This document shows, piece by piece, positions 21,852-32,861 of a stretch of DNA of 32,861 nucleotides. The stretch spans positions 1 to 32,861 of the forward strand of contig JBHGNT010000344.1 in assembly GCA_043228905.1 (NCBI GenBank). The letters are read 5' to 3'. Source of the DNA: Azolla caroliniana. Lineage: Eukaryota; Plantae; Polypodiophyta. How positions within the stretch are numbered: position 1 is the first letter of the stretch; the number at the start of each line of letters is the position of its first letter. Position numbers and translations under genes: made by a program. The notes under the pieces were generated by a model, which was given only the letters and a program-made list of their open reading frames with translations, was not told where the DNA came from and searched no databases.

Positions 21852-24181
21852 TTAGCTTTTCGCCTCCATGTGATAACAGAAGCTTTGTAAGGGCACTATC
21901 ATCACAGTAATATCATCAATGTTCCCTCTACTCGATGCTTTTTGGATGAGCATGTTGCATGCATTCATTTTCAAATCGCCATCCTTGTGTTGTTTGGTTG
22001 AAGAACCTTGCCCTTGCATGGTCGATGACACATTTGATGCCAACAAGACTTCCCTAGCACAATCAATGGCTTCTTGATCACTCACCTGAAAACAACAAAC
22101 CATTCATCAGAATAAATATCGATAAAAACAATCAAACATAAGCATATTAACGTGCTTCAAATTTGAGCTCAAATATCATGATCCATTATAAACATATATA
22201 ACTGTGGTTGTGTGTAGTAGTTACCTTGTCCCATAGTCCATCTGATGCTAAGATTACAAACTCGCATTCCGGAGTAATCTTAATCTTCTTAACATCGGGC
22301 TTGGAAGATACCCATCGCTTCAAGTTCTTATCCCCAAAACCTCTTGTCACTGCTAATGTGCCTTGAAGTCTCCACATTCCATTGATACAATCTATAAAAC
22401 CTCCCTGTAATTTTCAAACATAGAGGGATACACTGGTAAGAATCTACAAAACCTTGTATAGTGTCCATCAACACTAAAAAACTTACTGACTTTAAATATC
22501 GTATCATCATAAAAAATAAATATGTATGGATTAATCAGTTATAGAAGCCATGCAAGATTAAGAGATGTTAATTAAACCTTGTAGATTAATTGTCCAAAAA
22601 ATATCAACTCCATATATAAACTACTTCAAAATTATTCATGACGTGAGCTTAATGTTTTGAGGTATGTTTTACAGGATCACTTACCAAGTCCTCAACCCGT
22701 TGGCATTCTTCTTTATTGTTCGCACGATGAAGAGTCGTGAGTGCTTCGGCTTTACCACTCCTACATAGGACCGCCTTGCAATCACCGGCATTTGCCACAA
22801 CCAATTGTCCCTCTGTCACCAGAGCCGAGACTGAACATGCCCCACTATTCACATCCTAATCATTGAAACATATATTTAGGCAACAATGAGCACAAATGAT
22901 TCCATAAAAACAAAGGCTTGATTTGGTCTATACATGCAACATCCAATTTCTGCATGTTACCAGAGTCACATACATGTATAAAAGGATACTAGTCTTGTAA
23001 ACCAAATGTGTGTAACATATAAAGAAAAGAAAAAATGAGGGCATAGAAAAGCCTCCATTTATCTACAAAAATCTCATGTGCACATATTTATTTACTTATG
23101 TGTCTGTGTCTGTGTCTGTGTATATATAATGTGAATATTTGTATCGTATGGAGATTGAAAAAAACACAAGTGGCACAAAAAAACCCATTGATCTAACATG
23201 GAATATCCATGTGTGTATTATGTACATGTCCAATACATACATACATGTGCTTGTATATATGTATGTGTAGAAGTGGATGTCAACATGCAATATCTATGAG
23301 TGTGTTTAGTATCTATGTTTATGCACATGCACATGAATGTGTGAATTTATATGCATCTCTGTGGAATCTGTGACATATATATATACCTTAGATAGGAATT
23401 GTGAATCTGTATTGGCATATCCAGCTACCATGGCATCCTCTATGCTTGCTTCACTGTCCATTTCCATAGCTATGTTCTCACCGAGCTTCTCAGCTACAAA
23501 CTTTACTGCATCTATGCCTCCATGGCCATCAAAAACACTAAAAAGGCCTTGCTTTGGCTGACCCTTGAAATTAGGAAGGGCTGAGTAACCATCTTCCATG
23601 ACAAATTTCCTTCCTTTCTTGAAAGCCAGCCCAAATAGGTCATTAGGGTCAGACTGATGACACGAATATGATGTCGACAACGAAGAGGATTCCTCCTCGA
23701 TCAATTGAAACTGATTGGCTTTATGGAAAGAAGCCAACCTCGCGTGGTCCGGGATAGACAACTTTGCGGGCTTGTTCCTCTTAGGGGAGACCTTGAGAGC
23801 TCTATTTTCTTTGTGACTTGTTGTTGTTGTTGTTGCTGTTGAAGATGATGATGGTGATGGTGATGGTGATGGTGACATAACAAGAGGGAAATTTGTCTTC
23901 TGGAAGGAGTAGCAAATCTGAGCGTTGAACTGCATAAGATGTGCGAGAGCTGGTCTGAGAAGAAGCTCCTGATCACAAGAAGCCATGGAATCAGTTGGGA
24001 TTGACACAGGGGAGATTTTTTGAAATAGAACACCAAAGAGGGTTTCTTTTTTTCGTTTTTTTGTCTTCTGAGTGTGGATTGATTGACGAAACAGGGTTTT
24101 TGTAGGGGGGGGGTGTGGGGAGGGAATCAAGAGCTCTGAATTTATATGCCTCTGGCTGGAAAGACAGAAAAGAGTTTCCAT
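21852..24181 (-). CDS. Protein phosphatase 2C, clade B / AP2C-like (putative MAPK phosphatase); 4 exons, ~459 aa
   Basis: Exons 24181-23387, 22855-22685, 22404-22225, 22085-21852, all GT-AG phase 0. Motifs: GRKFVMED, VFDGHGG, VANAGDCKAVL, LAVTRGFGD, ILASDGLWD, RGNIDDITV and KIM-like KRNKPAKLSIP. Start codon uncertain (24181 or the MASCDQ ATG near 23986). Confidence 0.92.
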
Positions 24182-24357
24182 TTATTTACAGATCTGTCCT
24201 TCCTTCTTCTCTCTCACAAAAAGAGACAGAGCAACGACACGGTCTTTCTTCCACACGGTCCTCTCTCCTCGTCATTTTACTTTCATGGTCTGTGCCGTTA
24301 ACTCTCCGTCAACGTCTCCTTCTGCGCCGTTAACGTCTCCGTCATCTCTTCTTGTCT

Positions 24358-24360
<3 letters not shown>

Positions 24361-24408
<48 letters not shown>

Positions 24409-24547
24409 TCACTGTACACAGAGGAGACAACATTCTAAGATGTAATTCACCTCTTTTTTGGTCTTACTCATAGGCCATTTTGGCTTCTTCAAAGACACAT
24501 AATTACATATATGTACATATATCTTTCTTCCGTTTGGGTCCCGTCCT

Positions 24548-24587
<40 letters not shown>

Positions 24588-24666
24588 GATGAATGGGTAA
24601 ATATCCCATTTTTTGTTGTAAACCATTTGTCTCATGGGCCAATTTTGGCCTTAGAAGACATTAATA

Positions 24667-24698
<32 letters not shown>
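24361..24698. repeat. Three (CT)n/(GA)n microsatellites upstream of PP2C
   Basis: (CT)n at ~24361-24410, ~24551-24584 and ~24668-24698. Confidence 0.9.
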
Positions 24699-26189
24699 AT
24701 CGAAACCTTCTCTTTCAGTTTCTCGAGTCTCTGGCAGTCTGCCCGACACTCACCCACGAGACCATTGCTTGTTCTCTTTCTCACCACGCCTCCCCCATAC
24801 ATGGCAATTACGATGCCTGGCATCGGGACCATGTTCCGTTTTTGTCCGTTTTCCAAGCTTCTCTCGTTGTCCAATGATCCAACATCAAGACATAGTCCAT
24901 TTTTATTTTTATTTTGTTGGCAATCTAGTATCGAGCCAAAGCTTCTTCTACAAGTCTCCCTTCCTTCAGTCTCTCTTAGGCCATTCCCTTGCTCGCTCGC
25001 CCCATTTTCCTTTTCATCTTATCGTAGTGGGGCACATGTCTTATTTGGGTATCAACGTAAAGATAGTGGTTTCAGAATCCTTCTTACTACTTTCCTTTTA
25101 TTAGAACCCTAGTTTACTTACCCAAAGTCATGACTTTATTTCTTTTCCTTTTACAATCTTTGTTATACCATCTATCACATCTCCTAAACTAGATACCATA
25201 TATGCCTTCTCACTGATGACTTCATGGTCTCCAAGGAGTTGACTCTCCGTTATCTTGGAGGGTTTAGGGTTTAGGGCTATATTCGAATAACCTGTACAAA
25301 AAGGAGTTTTAATTTTCAATCCATGTCACTTTTAGAGGTGGGGCCCTAATCCGGTTCCAAAAAAACACTTTTACTAGAAATGGAAATTTAGAACGCCAAA
25401 ATTTGCACTAATAAATTATTAGAGTAACTCACATGCCACTCTTGTGCCTTAGACTATAACAATCGATGTGATTCTAGTGGTGTAGATATTAGTAGTTACT
25501 TTTCATAAGTGAGTCATTCCCCTTGAATGACAACATCAATGACATTCTCTGCAATTTTTGCCAAACAAACCAATAATTAGGCAAAACGTGTGATATGTGT
25601 CATGCATCAACAATGTCTCTCACTTCAACAAACCCTCGGCAAAACAAGTGACTAAAGTAGGATCATAATGTCTCTTTTCTTTATCAACGTAATAGCAATG
25701 AAGAAGACACAAACAACTCTTTTTTCCTTTTTTTCCTTTTTTTTTCTATAAAAAATATCCTCCATTGGTATTAAAATAGTCCACTATTACAATGAATATT
25801 GCATGTGAATGTGGTTGCATCAGGTTTTAAACCTGATTTCAACATACATTTGAAACATTGGACAACCATATATCCATCCTGGTTCTAATTAGAAATCCAC
25901 TAAAAATCTCTTGTGCTTGAGTGAGTTCACCATAGTTGGCAATGTGCATACATATCCACCAATGCATTGCCTACCATAATATTATTCCTTAATAATGGTT
26001 GGACAAGCCCTTAAGATGCAAAAATAAGTGACCATATTTGGCAAGATGCTCTCGCGTTGCAATGATCATTGCATTGCAATGATCCAAAATGATTCAATGT
26101 TTCTTCATCTTGCCCATAAGAAGACACAAGCAACTTCCTTTGCAAAGAATTATATTCCACTCTATTCAATGGTGGTACTAACTCGAATA

Positions 26190-26416
26190 AAGAGTGGGCT
26201 TCCCAAATGGAGACTTTGGTGAAAATCAAGGATATTACAGAGATGGTGGTAGCACTAATAAATGACGGTTTGCAAATCAACCTAATTTCCACTAAGTTCT
26301 ACCACAAAAGTTTGTGGTCAATCAACACAAACATGGGTGGAAGATTTGCATTGCAACTATGCAACTATGGGCAACTCAAAGAACTACATGGAGCCTACCC
26401 AAAAGTAAAAAAATAG
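26190..26416 (+). pseudogene. Degenerate LTR-retrotransposon aspartic protease relic
   Basis: EWASQMETLVKIKD...VVALINDGLQINLISTKFY...W.INTN.G resembles a gypsy-type ALxDxGSxINxxS protease context, with the catalytic motif decayed. Confidence 0.45.
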
Positions 26417-27014
26417 AGTGTTTTCAAATAACTAACCATTTTTATCCTAAACGTTTTATATCCATCTAACTACAAGACATTAGGTGAGGCTTCCTCTAAT
26501 AAATATGTAATCTTGAAGCCCAAGTGAACTCATCCCAAATTTTCGTACCCTTCTCAAGTTCTTCTCGTGAGGCATGTATAAATTACAAAAGAATCATATG
26601 AAAACTTGCACCACAACCTAATATCTAGATGGACGGTTTAGACCAACAATATCTCCATTATTTGCAAGCCTCAATAACATCACTGAAAGAGGAGAGATAA
26701 CTATAGAAAACAATAATGGACTAAGTGAGCATCTTCTACAAACTAATCTCGTAAGGGCAAGTTGCAACTTATAAGGTGACTCCAAATTGAGTTACTGGAT
26801 TGACTATGGTAAATACTTCTTAAATAAATTTGCCAAGACCTTATACAATATACAATCAAAGACATAGGCCACTATTAATGAAATTCTCCCAACGATGGCA
26901 CCTTTGGAATATCTCTCATTGAGAGAACACTAGTCCAATCCTCGTAGATCGCAATCTATCTCCGTGGCTTGCAAAACCCATCTCATAGATCACAGTCTAT
27001 CTCCCATACATGTT

Positions 27015-27059
<45 letters not shown>

Positions 27060-27450
27060 AGATCAAAGATATCAATTGAGAGAACCCAACATTTATCCTC
27101 ACCATGGGCTTGTCTTGTCCCATGGACATTACCATTCAAAAATGCTTGTTGACGCTACTTCTATTCAAGATCTTATGTAAAGTTACTCATCTTTCTTCAA
27201 CCTTTTGAGGATGCTAAAATACTGTCACCTCTCTCTCTAGCCTTGTAGTCACCTCTCTCTTTTGTCAACTTCTTCATTTTCTCTTTTATCTTTTGTCTCT
27301 TGATGGTCACAATCATAATTCTGAGGCTTGACTTAAGACTTGGTTGCTTTTCAAACTTGCACAACATTACAATCATAAGGTTGAGAACTTTTTAATTATC
27401 TGTCAATGTCCTCAACAATGGCATCACACACTCTCCCTTGTTAACTTTTC

Positions 27451-27768
27451 CATAGTTATTAAAACGCGTATTCTACGTTTACAATAGGTTTTAGAATACT
27501 CTGAAGTATTCTGCATGTATTCTACGTTTTAGAACTACCATGTTTCAAATTTTCACATATTCCACATATTCTAAAAATTTGACGTATTCTACGTATTTAA
27601 CATTTCAAAAAAGTTTAAAATTTGAATTAATATTATTTTTGCAAAAAAACTTTAAAATTTAAGAAGAATAAAACGTATTTTACATGTATTCTAAGTATTT
27701 AAAAAAAAGTTAGAATGCTTAGCATACGTATTCTATGCGTATTCTATGCTAAGTGTTCTACAACAATG
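27451..27768. mobile_element. hAT-type MITE (318 bp), with its right half and flank duplicated at ~27838..28058
   Basis: 8-bp TSD AACTTTTC (27443-27450, 27769-27776, again at 28034-28041). Imperfect TIR CATAGTTATTAAAAC vs CATTGTTGTAGAAC. Many GTATTCTA subterminal motifs. Confidence 0.72.
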
Positions 27769-28060
27769 AACTTTTCCCAAATTTGTTGTTCACGCATTGC
27801 ATTAAAATTTTTATAAAATTAAATTTTTTTTTTTTTTGAAAAAAACTTTAAGATTTAAGAAGTATTGAACTTATTTTACAAGTATTCTATGTATTTAAAG
27901 TATCCTACATGTATTCTAAGTATTTAACGTATTTTATATCTAAAATATGTATTCTAAGTATTTTTTTTAAAAAGTTAGAATACTTCGCATATGTATTCTA
28001 TGCATATTGTATGCTAAGTATTCTACAACAATGAACTTTTCCCAATTTTGTTGTTCACAC

Positions 28061-28271
28061 CTTGCAATGCTAAGGTGACAAGGCTTTGCTTTAGTCACAC
28101 ATGAGCAAATCTCTCTAGTATCTATTTGACCTTGCAATGCTAAGGTGACAAGACTTCATTGTGTTCACACATGAGCAAATTTCTCAAGTATCCCTTTGAC
28201 ATTGCAATGCTAAGTGACAAGGCTTCGTTGTGTTCACACATGAGTGAGCAAATCTCTCTAGTATACATGAC
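28061..28271 (+). repeat. 70-bp minisatellite, 3 copies
   Basis: (C/A)TTGCAATGCTAAG(G)TGACAAG...TCACACATGAG...CAAAT.TCTC.AGTAT starts at 28061, 28131 and 28201. Confidence 0.9.
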
Positions 28272-28839
28272 ATCATAGCATAGCTAATATTTCTATTGAT
28301 CACTTTTTGGCTCATACACAATGCTAAGTAGACAAGGTATGGTTTGGTTAAGGCTCTTGCAAATTGCAAGATAAGAAGTTTATGCCATTGACACCTCTTC
28401 GATCACATGGTGTCACATCCTCATTACTCTATTGTCAATTTTTTAGTTGTTCACTTTTTGCACCTTTTGGAGAGGTATTGTGTTTTGTTTGTTCACACTT
28501 GCCATTGAAACATAAGCTCAAGGATAAAGTCTTTATCAATCTCTCTGACCATTTTGTACTGCCATTTCTTTTGCCCCTTTTAAGTTATAACTTGATTTTG
28601 TTCTTTCACACTAGGAAAATCCATTGTATGCTCATTGGAAAGCCTCAATTGATTTCTCACTTGAGGAAACATAAGACCGAGAAGTTAAGTCCCCATTTTC
28701 CTTATGACCATTACATCATGTCAAGCTTGTACTTATTTTTTGCATCTTCCAAGATTTGATTTCGTTCACACTAGTAGAACATAAGGTTGAGAATTGTAAG
28801 GACAAGAAGAGGATCAAACATTACGTGCTATCTAAGAGG

Positions 28840-29615
28840 TTTTTTTTTTCCCAAAAGAAGAATATACTCCATTAATTAAAATGACATACAATACACAACT
28901 TTAGACATTACCTACTTCCATATGGACTACATCACTTATATATCTTACACTAAATAGCCCACATGTTTGTTCTCCATGTTTGTCGTGTCATTCACGCTCC
29001 TCTATCATCTAATGGGAGGGGGGAACAACCATCTCGGTACTACGTATTGCCATCGTATATCCACTCCAATTTCTGTAGCCATCAGTGTAGTACACCATCG
29101 TTTTCTGAATTTCAGCCTCATTAAACCTGAAGCATCATCTGTTCCATCAATCCACTCATATTGGGCCCTCAATGTAGTTATTAGCATGTGCCATATTAGG
29201 TTAATAGATTCTGCTGGATGTCGTTTGTTTGCTGAAAATACCCTGGTACATCTTGCGGTCCAAATGTTCCATATGATAATGGGTGCTAGCAACATCCATA
29301 GATATACAATTTTCTGCTTCTGGGCATTACTTCTAGGTGCACTGTTACCAACGATCACTCGAATAGTTCCATTCTCCCCTCTATACATAGTTGTACATGT
29401 GCTATCAAATTTCTCTACGTCATCATCAAGACAATTCCAACAAGCATGTCCCCAATTGAGGGTAAATGAGCTAGAGGCATGGCAAAGCAATCGTAATGCC
29501 CTTCTCCATACTACCGTAGCCTCATGACATTCCCAAAGACAATGGGAAATGCTTTCTAGTTGTTCACATGCACTACATATGTTAGGAAACAAGTGCCTCC
29601 GGATGGGAAACCAGA
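28840..29615 (-). mobile_element. 3' end of a LINE (L1-type): ORF2 C-terminal zf-RVT region, 3' UTR and poly(A); interrupted by the copia LTR
   Basis: ORF 29005..29592 has CSAC...ESISHCLWEC...VW and IIWNIWTARC.RVF. T10 at 28840-28849 is the minus-strand poly(A). The frame stays open up to the copia TG at 29616. Confidence 0.82.
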
Positions 29616-30250
29616 TGTCGAGTACCTGGCTACGGAAGACCCGGTGAGAACCGGAAGAGGAGTACCCGGCTACGGAAGACCCGTTGAGAACCGGAAGAGG
29701 AGTACCCGGCTACGGAAGACCCAGTGAGAACTGGAAGAGGAGTACCCGGCAAGAGCCGGATGGTGAAGGCCCGGTGAGAAGTGCTCACCGGATGAAGGGA
29801 CATATTTGTAAATATGTTTCTGAGAGTCCATCGGGGCTATATTTGTAAATAGCCGAAAAGTCATATTAGTATAAATATGACTTAGGGCAAACAGAGAATA
29901 GTTAGTTGTTGTCATTTCTTGTTGGCGCAAGATTAGAGTGTGCAACTGTGTACAGAGAGAGTGAGAGAGAGGAAGAGGTCGTTGCCTCTGTTGTAACCGC
30001 CGCCTGTGGCGAAGATAGAAAGCTCGAGGTCGTTGCTTTGGTGCTTTACCATTTGTACATTGTGACATAGTGATAGTTTGCAGTCTGCGGGCTGTCGTGG
30101 TTTTTCCCTAGTTTGGGTTTTCCACGTTAACATCCTGTGTTCTCTTCTCTCCATTGTGTCGTGCATTCATTCCCCGTTTTTTTCTTCTGTGTTTTGATTC
30201 TAAGCTCGGTTGTGGCCGAGCGGTGTCATCGGAGCATGTAGCCCCTGTCA
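29616..30250 (+). repeat. 5' LTR of copia element (635 bp) with a 40-bp tandem repeat (x3.3, 29620..29750) in U3
   Basis: Starts TGTCG, ends TGTCA, 3 nt before the PBS. Repeat unit GAGTACCCGGCTACGGAAGACCCGGTGAGAACCGGAAGAG. TATAAAT at ~29869. Confidence 0.8.
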
Positions 30251-30253
30251 AAG

Positions 30254-30265
30254 TGGTATCAGAGC
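30254..30265 (+). promoter_or_regulatory. Primer-binding site (tRNA-iMet)
   Basis: Exact TGGTATCAGAGC. Confidence 0.92.
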
Positions 30266-30280
30266 AAAACGACACAGAAA

Positions 30281-32861
30281 ATGGACGATTTGTTGGGAGG
30301 CATGTTCGAGCTCACCGGCTCCAACTATTCGGTATGGAAGTCGAAGATGAGGGACGTGCTCGTGGTTAAAGATCTTTGGTTGCCGGTTAAGTTCGGGGAC
30401 AAGAGATCGGACAAAATTGACGCCACGATATGGCAGGTGATGCACATGAAGACAACGGCGTACATACGGTGCTTCATCGACATGAGCCTATACAACAACT
30501 TCAATGAAGAGAGCAAGGCTCATGAGCTTTGGGAGAAGATCGACATTATGTTTCAAAACAAAAATGCTCTTAATCAGGTTTTGGTATTCCGGAAGCTAGT
30601 AAGACTCCGGTACCAAGATGGCTCCAGCATGGCGGAGCACATGAATGCCTTCCAGGGGCTGATCCACCAGGCACCATCAAAGTACCTCTCGCCGATGAGG
30701 TACTAGCGCTACTCCTGCTCGGTTCTCTCCCGGATAGCTGGGAGATGTTGGTTGTCACTTTGGGCAATGCCAGGCTGGAAGGGAAACGGTTATCCCTAGC
30801 AAGAGTGAAGTCGAGCTTGCTAGATGAGGAGGCGTGTCGGAAAGATAAGGATATGAGCTCCGACTCCAAAGCGCTCCGTACTGAATCGGAACGCGGAAGA
30901 CAAAGGAACCGTAGCCCCCAGAACCGGGAAAAGTCGGGGACACGGTCAAAGTCAAGGGGGAGGCCTACTTGCTTCTATTGCGGCAAGCCGGGACACTTCC
31001 AGAAGAACTGTCAACACTTCCGAAAAGACAAGGAAACCGACGGTACCGATTCGAAGCGGACACCGGACCGGAACGGTAAAGACCGGAGGGGAATGAACCA
31101 GAAGGGAACGACGACAATCGCGGCAAGTGAAGAAGAGTTGATGCTCATCACCGAGGAGACTGAGATAAACCTTGCCGGCGACGAGATGACCTGGGTGGTC
31201 GACTCTGGAGCGTCATTCCACCTTACCCCGAACCGGAAATGCTTCTCATCCTACTCAGCCGGTGATCACGGTTGTGTCCAGATGGGGAATGAAGGTACAT
31301 GCCGAATTGTCGGCATAGGAGACGTGTGGTTGACAACACCAACCGGATGCAAGCTGCTGTTGAAGGATGTCCGACACGTTCCAGAGGTTCGTCTGAACCT
31401 GATATCAGCCGGTTGGCTAGATGATGAAGGCTACACGGGTAGCATCCGGAACGGTGTTATGAAGTTCAGCAAAGGGAGCCTGATTGTGGCTCGGGCCCGG
31501 AAGGTAAACACGCTGTACCTGATGAATGCCTGGTTATGTCCGGAGGAAGTGAACGTGGCATCCGACACTGCTGGTGAGCTGTGGCACAAAAGGCCGTGTC
31601 ACATGAGCAAGAAGGGGATGAAGAGGCTTGCAGACGACAACCTCATTCCAGTGAAGAACGTGCAATTGGAGAAGTGCACTAATTGTCTGGCCGGTAAGCA
31701 AAACCGGACCTCCTTCCGACCAAGGCCACCGATGAGACGTAATGCACCACTGGAGTTGGTGCATACTGATGTGTGTCAAGTGGACACGAAGTCACATGCA
31801 GGATCGCAATACTTCGTGACATTCATAGATGACCATAGCCGGAAGCTGTGGGCCACACCGTTGAAGACGAAGGATCAAGTGCTATCCGTCTTCAAAGAGC
31901 TCCACGCGAGAGTGGAAAGACAAACCAGCCGAAAGCTGAAAGCGGTTCGAGCAGATAACGGAGGTGAATACCGGGGGCAGTTCGAGGAGTACTGTCGCTC
32001 GAAGGGAAACCGGCTCGAATTTACCGTGCCGAAGACGCCAGAACTAAACGGACTGGCCGAGAGGATGAATCGGATCATAATGGAGAGGGTCTGGAGTATG
32101 CTGGTGCATGCAAAACTACCCAAGAAGTTTTGGGCTGAGGCACTGTCGACAGCGACATATGTGATAAAGAGATCACCCTCAGTACCCTTGGACGGAGACA
32201 CGCCACAGAGAGTATGGACTGGTAAGGAAGTATCCTACCGGCATCTGAAGGTATTCGGGTGTCTTGCGTATGTGAATGTAGCTAAGGACCGGAGAGGAAA
32301 ACTAGATCTGAAGACCCGACCATGCATATTCCTCGGTTATGACGACGATGAGTTTGGCTACCGAGTGTGGGACCTGGTCGATAAGAAGGTATTCCAGAGT
32401 TGAGATATTATCTTCATGGAGGACAAGACGCTCGCCGACTGGGAGTCGGAGAAGAAGATAATGAACTCCGAGTCGACCGGCAAGGATTGATTCTACGATG
32501 AGCAAACCCAAACGGCAAGAGACCGGTTAGCACTCGAGGAACCAGCCGGTTACGGTGAGGATACCGAACCGGCAGAAGAAGAAGTAGAGGAAGCTGAAAC
32601 CGGAACCGTCCAAGACCCCGAATCGGATTCGGATGAAGAGCGAATGGAGGGCCCGGTTACCGAAGCCCAAAGACGGAGATATCCTCTCAGAGAGAGAAGC
32701 CCCCCCCAGAGATTTCTAGATGCAGAGCATGTGCTGCTAACCGATGAGGGGGAGCCAGAAAGCTTCGTAGAGGCGAAGGATGACACCCACAACCGCAAAT
32801 GGTTAAGTGCCATGCAGGATGAGATGGATTCCTTGCATGAGAACCATACGTACGAATTGGT
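30281..32861 (+). pseudogene. Copia gag-pol polyprotein, disrupted (frameshift ~30670-30680; TGA at 32401-32403 and 32488-32490)
   Basis: LTGSNYSVWKSKM, LLLGSLPDSW, CFYCGKPGHFQKNC, WVVDSGAS, LVHTDV / FIDDHSR / RADNGGEY / NGLAERMN and GEPESFVEA...WLSAMQDEMDSL. Confidence 0.93.

Larger units (their letters stand above)
29616..32861 (+). mobile_element. Ty1/copia LTR retrotransposon (Tnt1-like), 5' part; continues beyond window
   Basis: TG...CA LTR, PBS, then gag, zinc knuckle, protease, integrase and RT start in copia order. Confidence 0.95.

Noticed and set aside
24480-25112. 210-aa plus-strand ORF as a divergent gene
   Set aside because: TTG start, built on CT repeats, L/S/F-biased composition and no domain.
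25260-25276. GGGTTTAGGGTTTAGGG as interstitial telomere
   Set aside because: Only about two units; telo-box-sized and common in plant genomes.
28967-29527. 186-aa plus-strand ORF
   Set aside because: Antisense shadow of LINE ORF2.

Overview
Eukaryotic land-plant nuclear DNA (AT-rich introns, many microsatellites; a fern-like origin is only a guess). Two intact, convergent spliced genes: mitochondrial glycine decarboxylase P-protein (GLDP, + strand, 15 exons, 11224..17937, 1044 aa) and a clade-B/AP2C-like PP2C phosphatase with a MAPK-docking KIM motif (- strand, 4 exons, 24181..21852, ~459 aa). The left end (1..5571, - strand) holds two same-family Ty3/gypsy elements. Element A (5' LTR 1791..1327, PBS, leader running off the window) is inserted into the pol gene of element B. 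B's ~1 kb 5' leader is inverted in place, so the two leaders form a long inverted repeat around an LTR-gag-protease-RT spacer. That leader carries a regularly spaced array of conserved GAGGT-N4-ACCTC hairpins with dissimilar spacers (CRISPR-like in layout, but not a CRISPR). The right end holds a Ty1/copia element (LTR 29616..30250, frameshift and stops) inserted into the 3' part of a LINE. Three unannotated hAT-type MITEs with 8-bp TSDs lie at 17020..17471, 20413..20831 and 27451..27768. No prokaryotic systems, rRNA or tRNA genes were seen. All alignments were made by eye.
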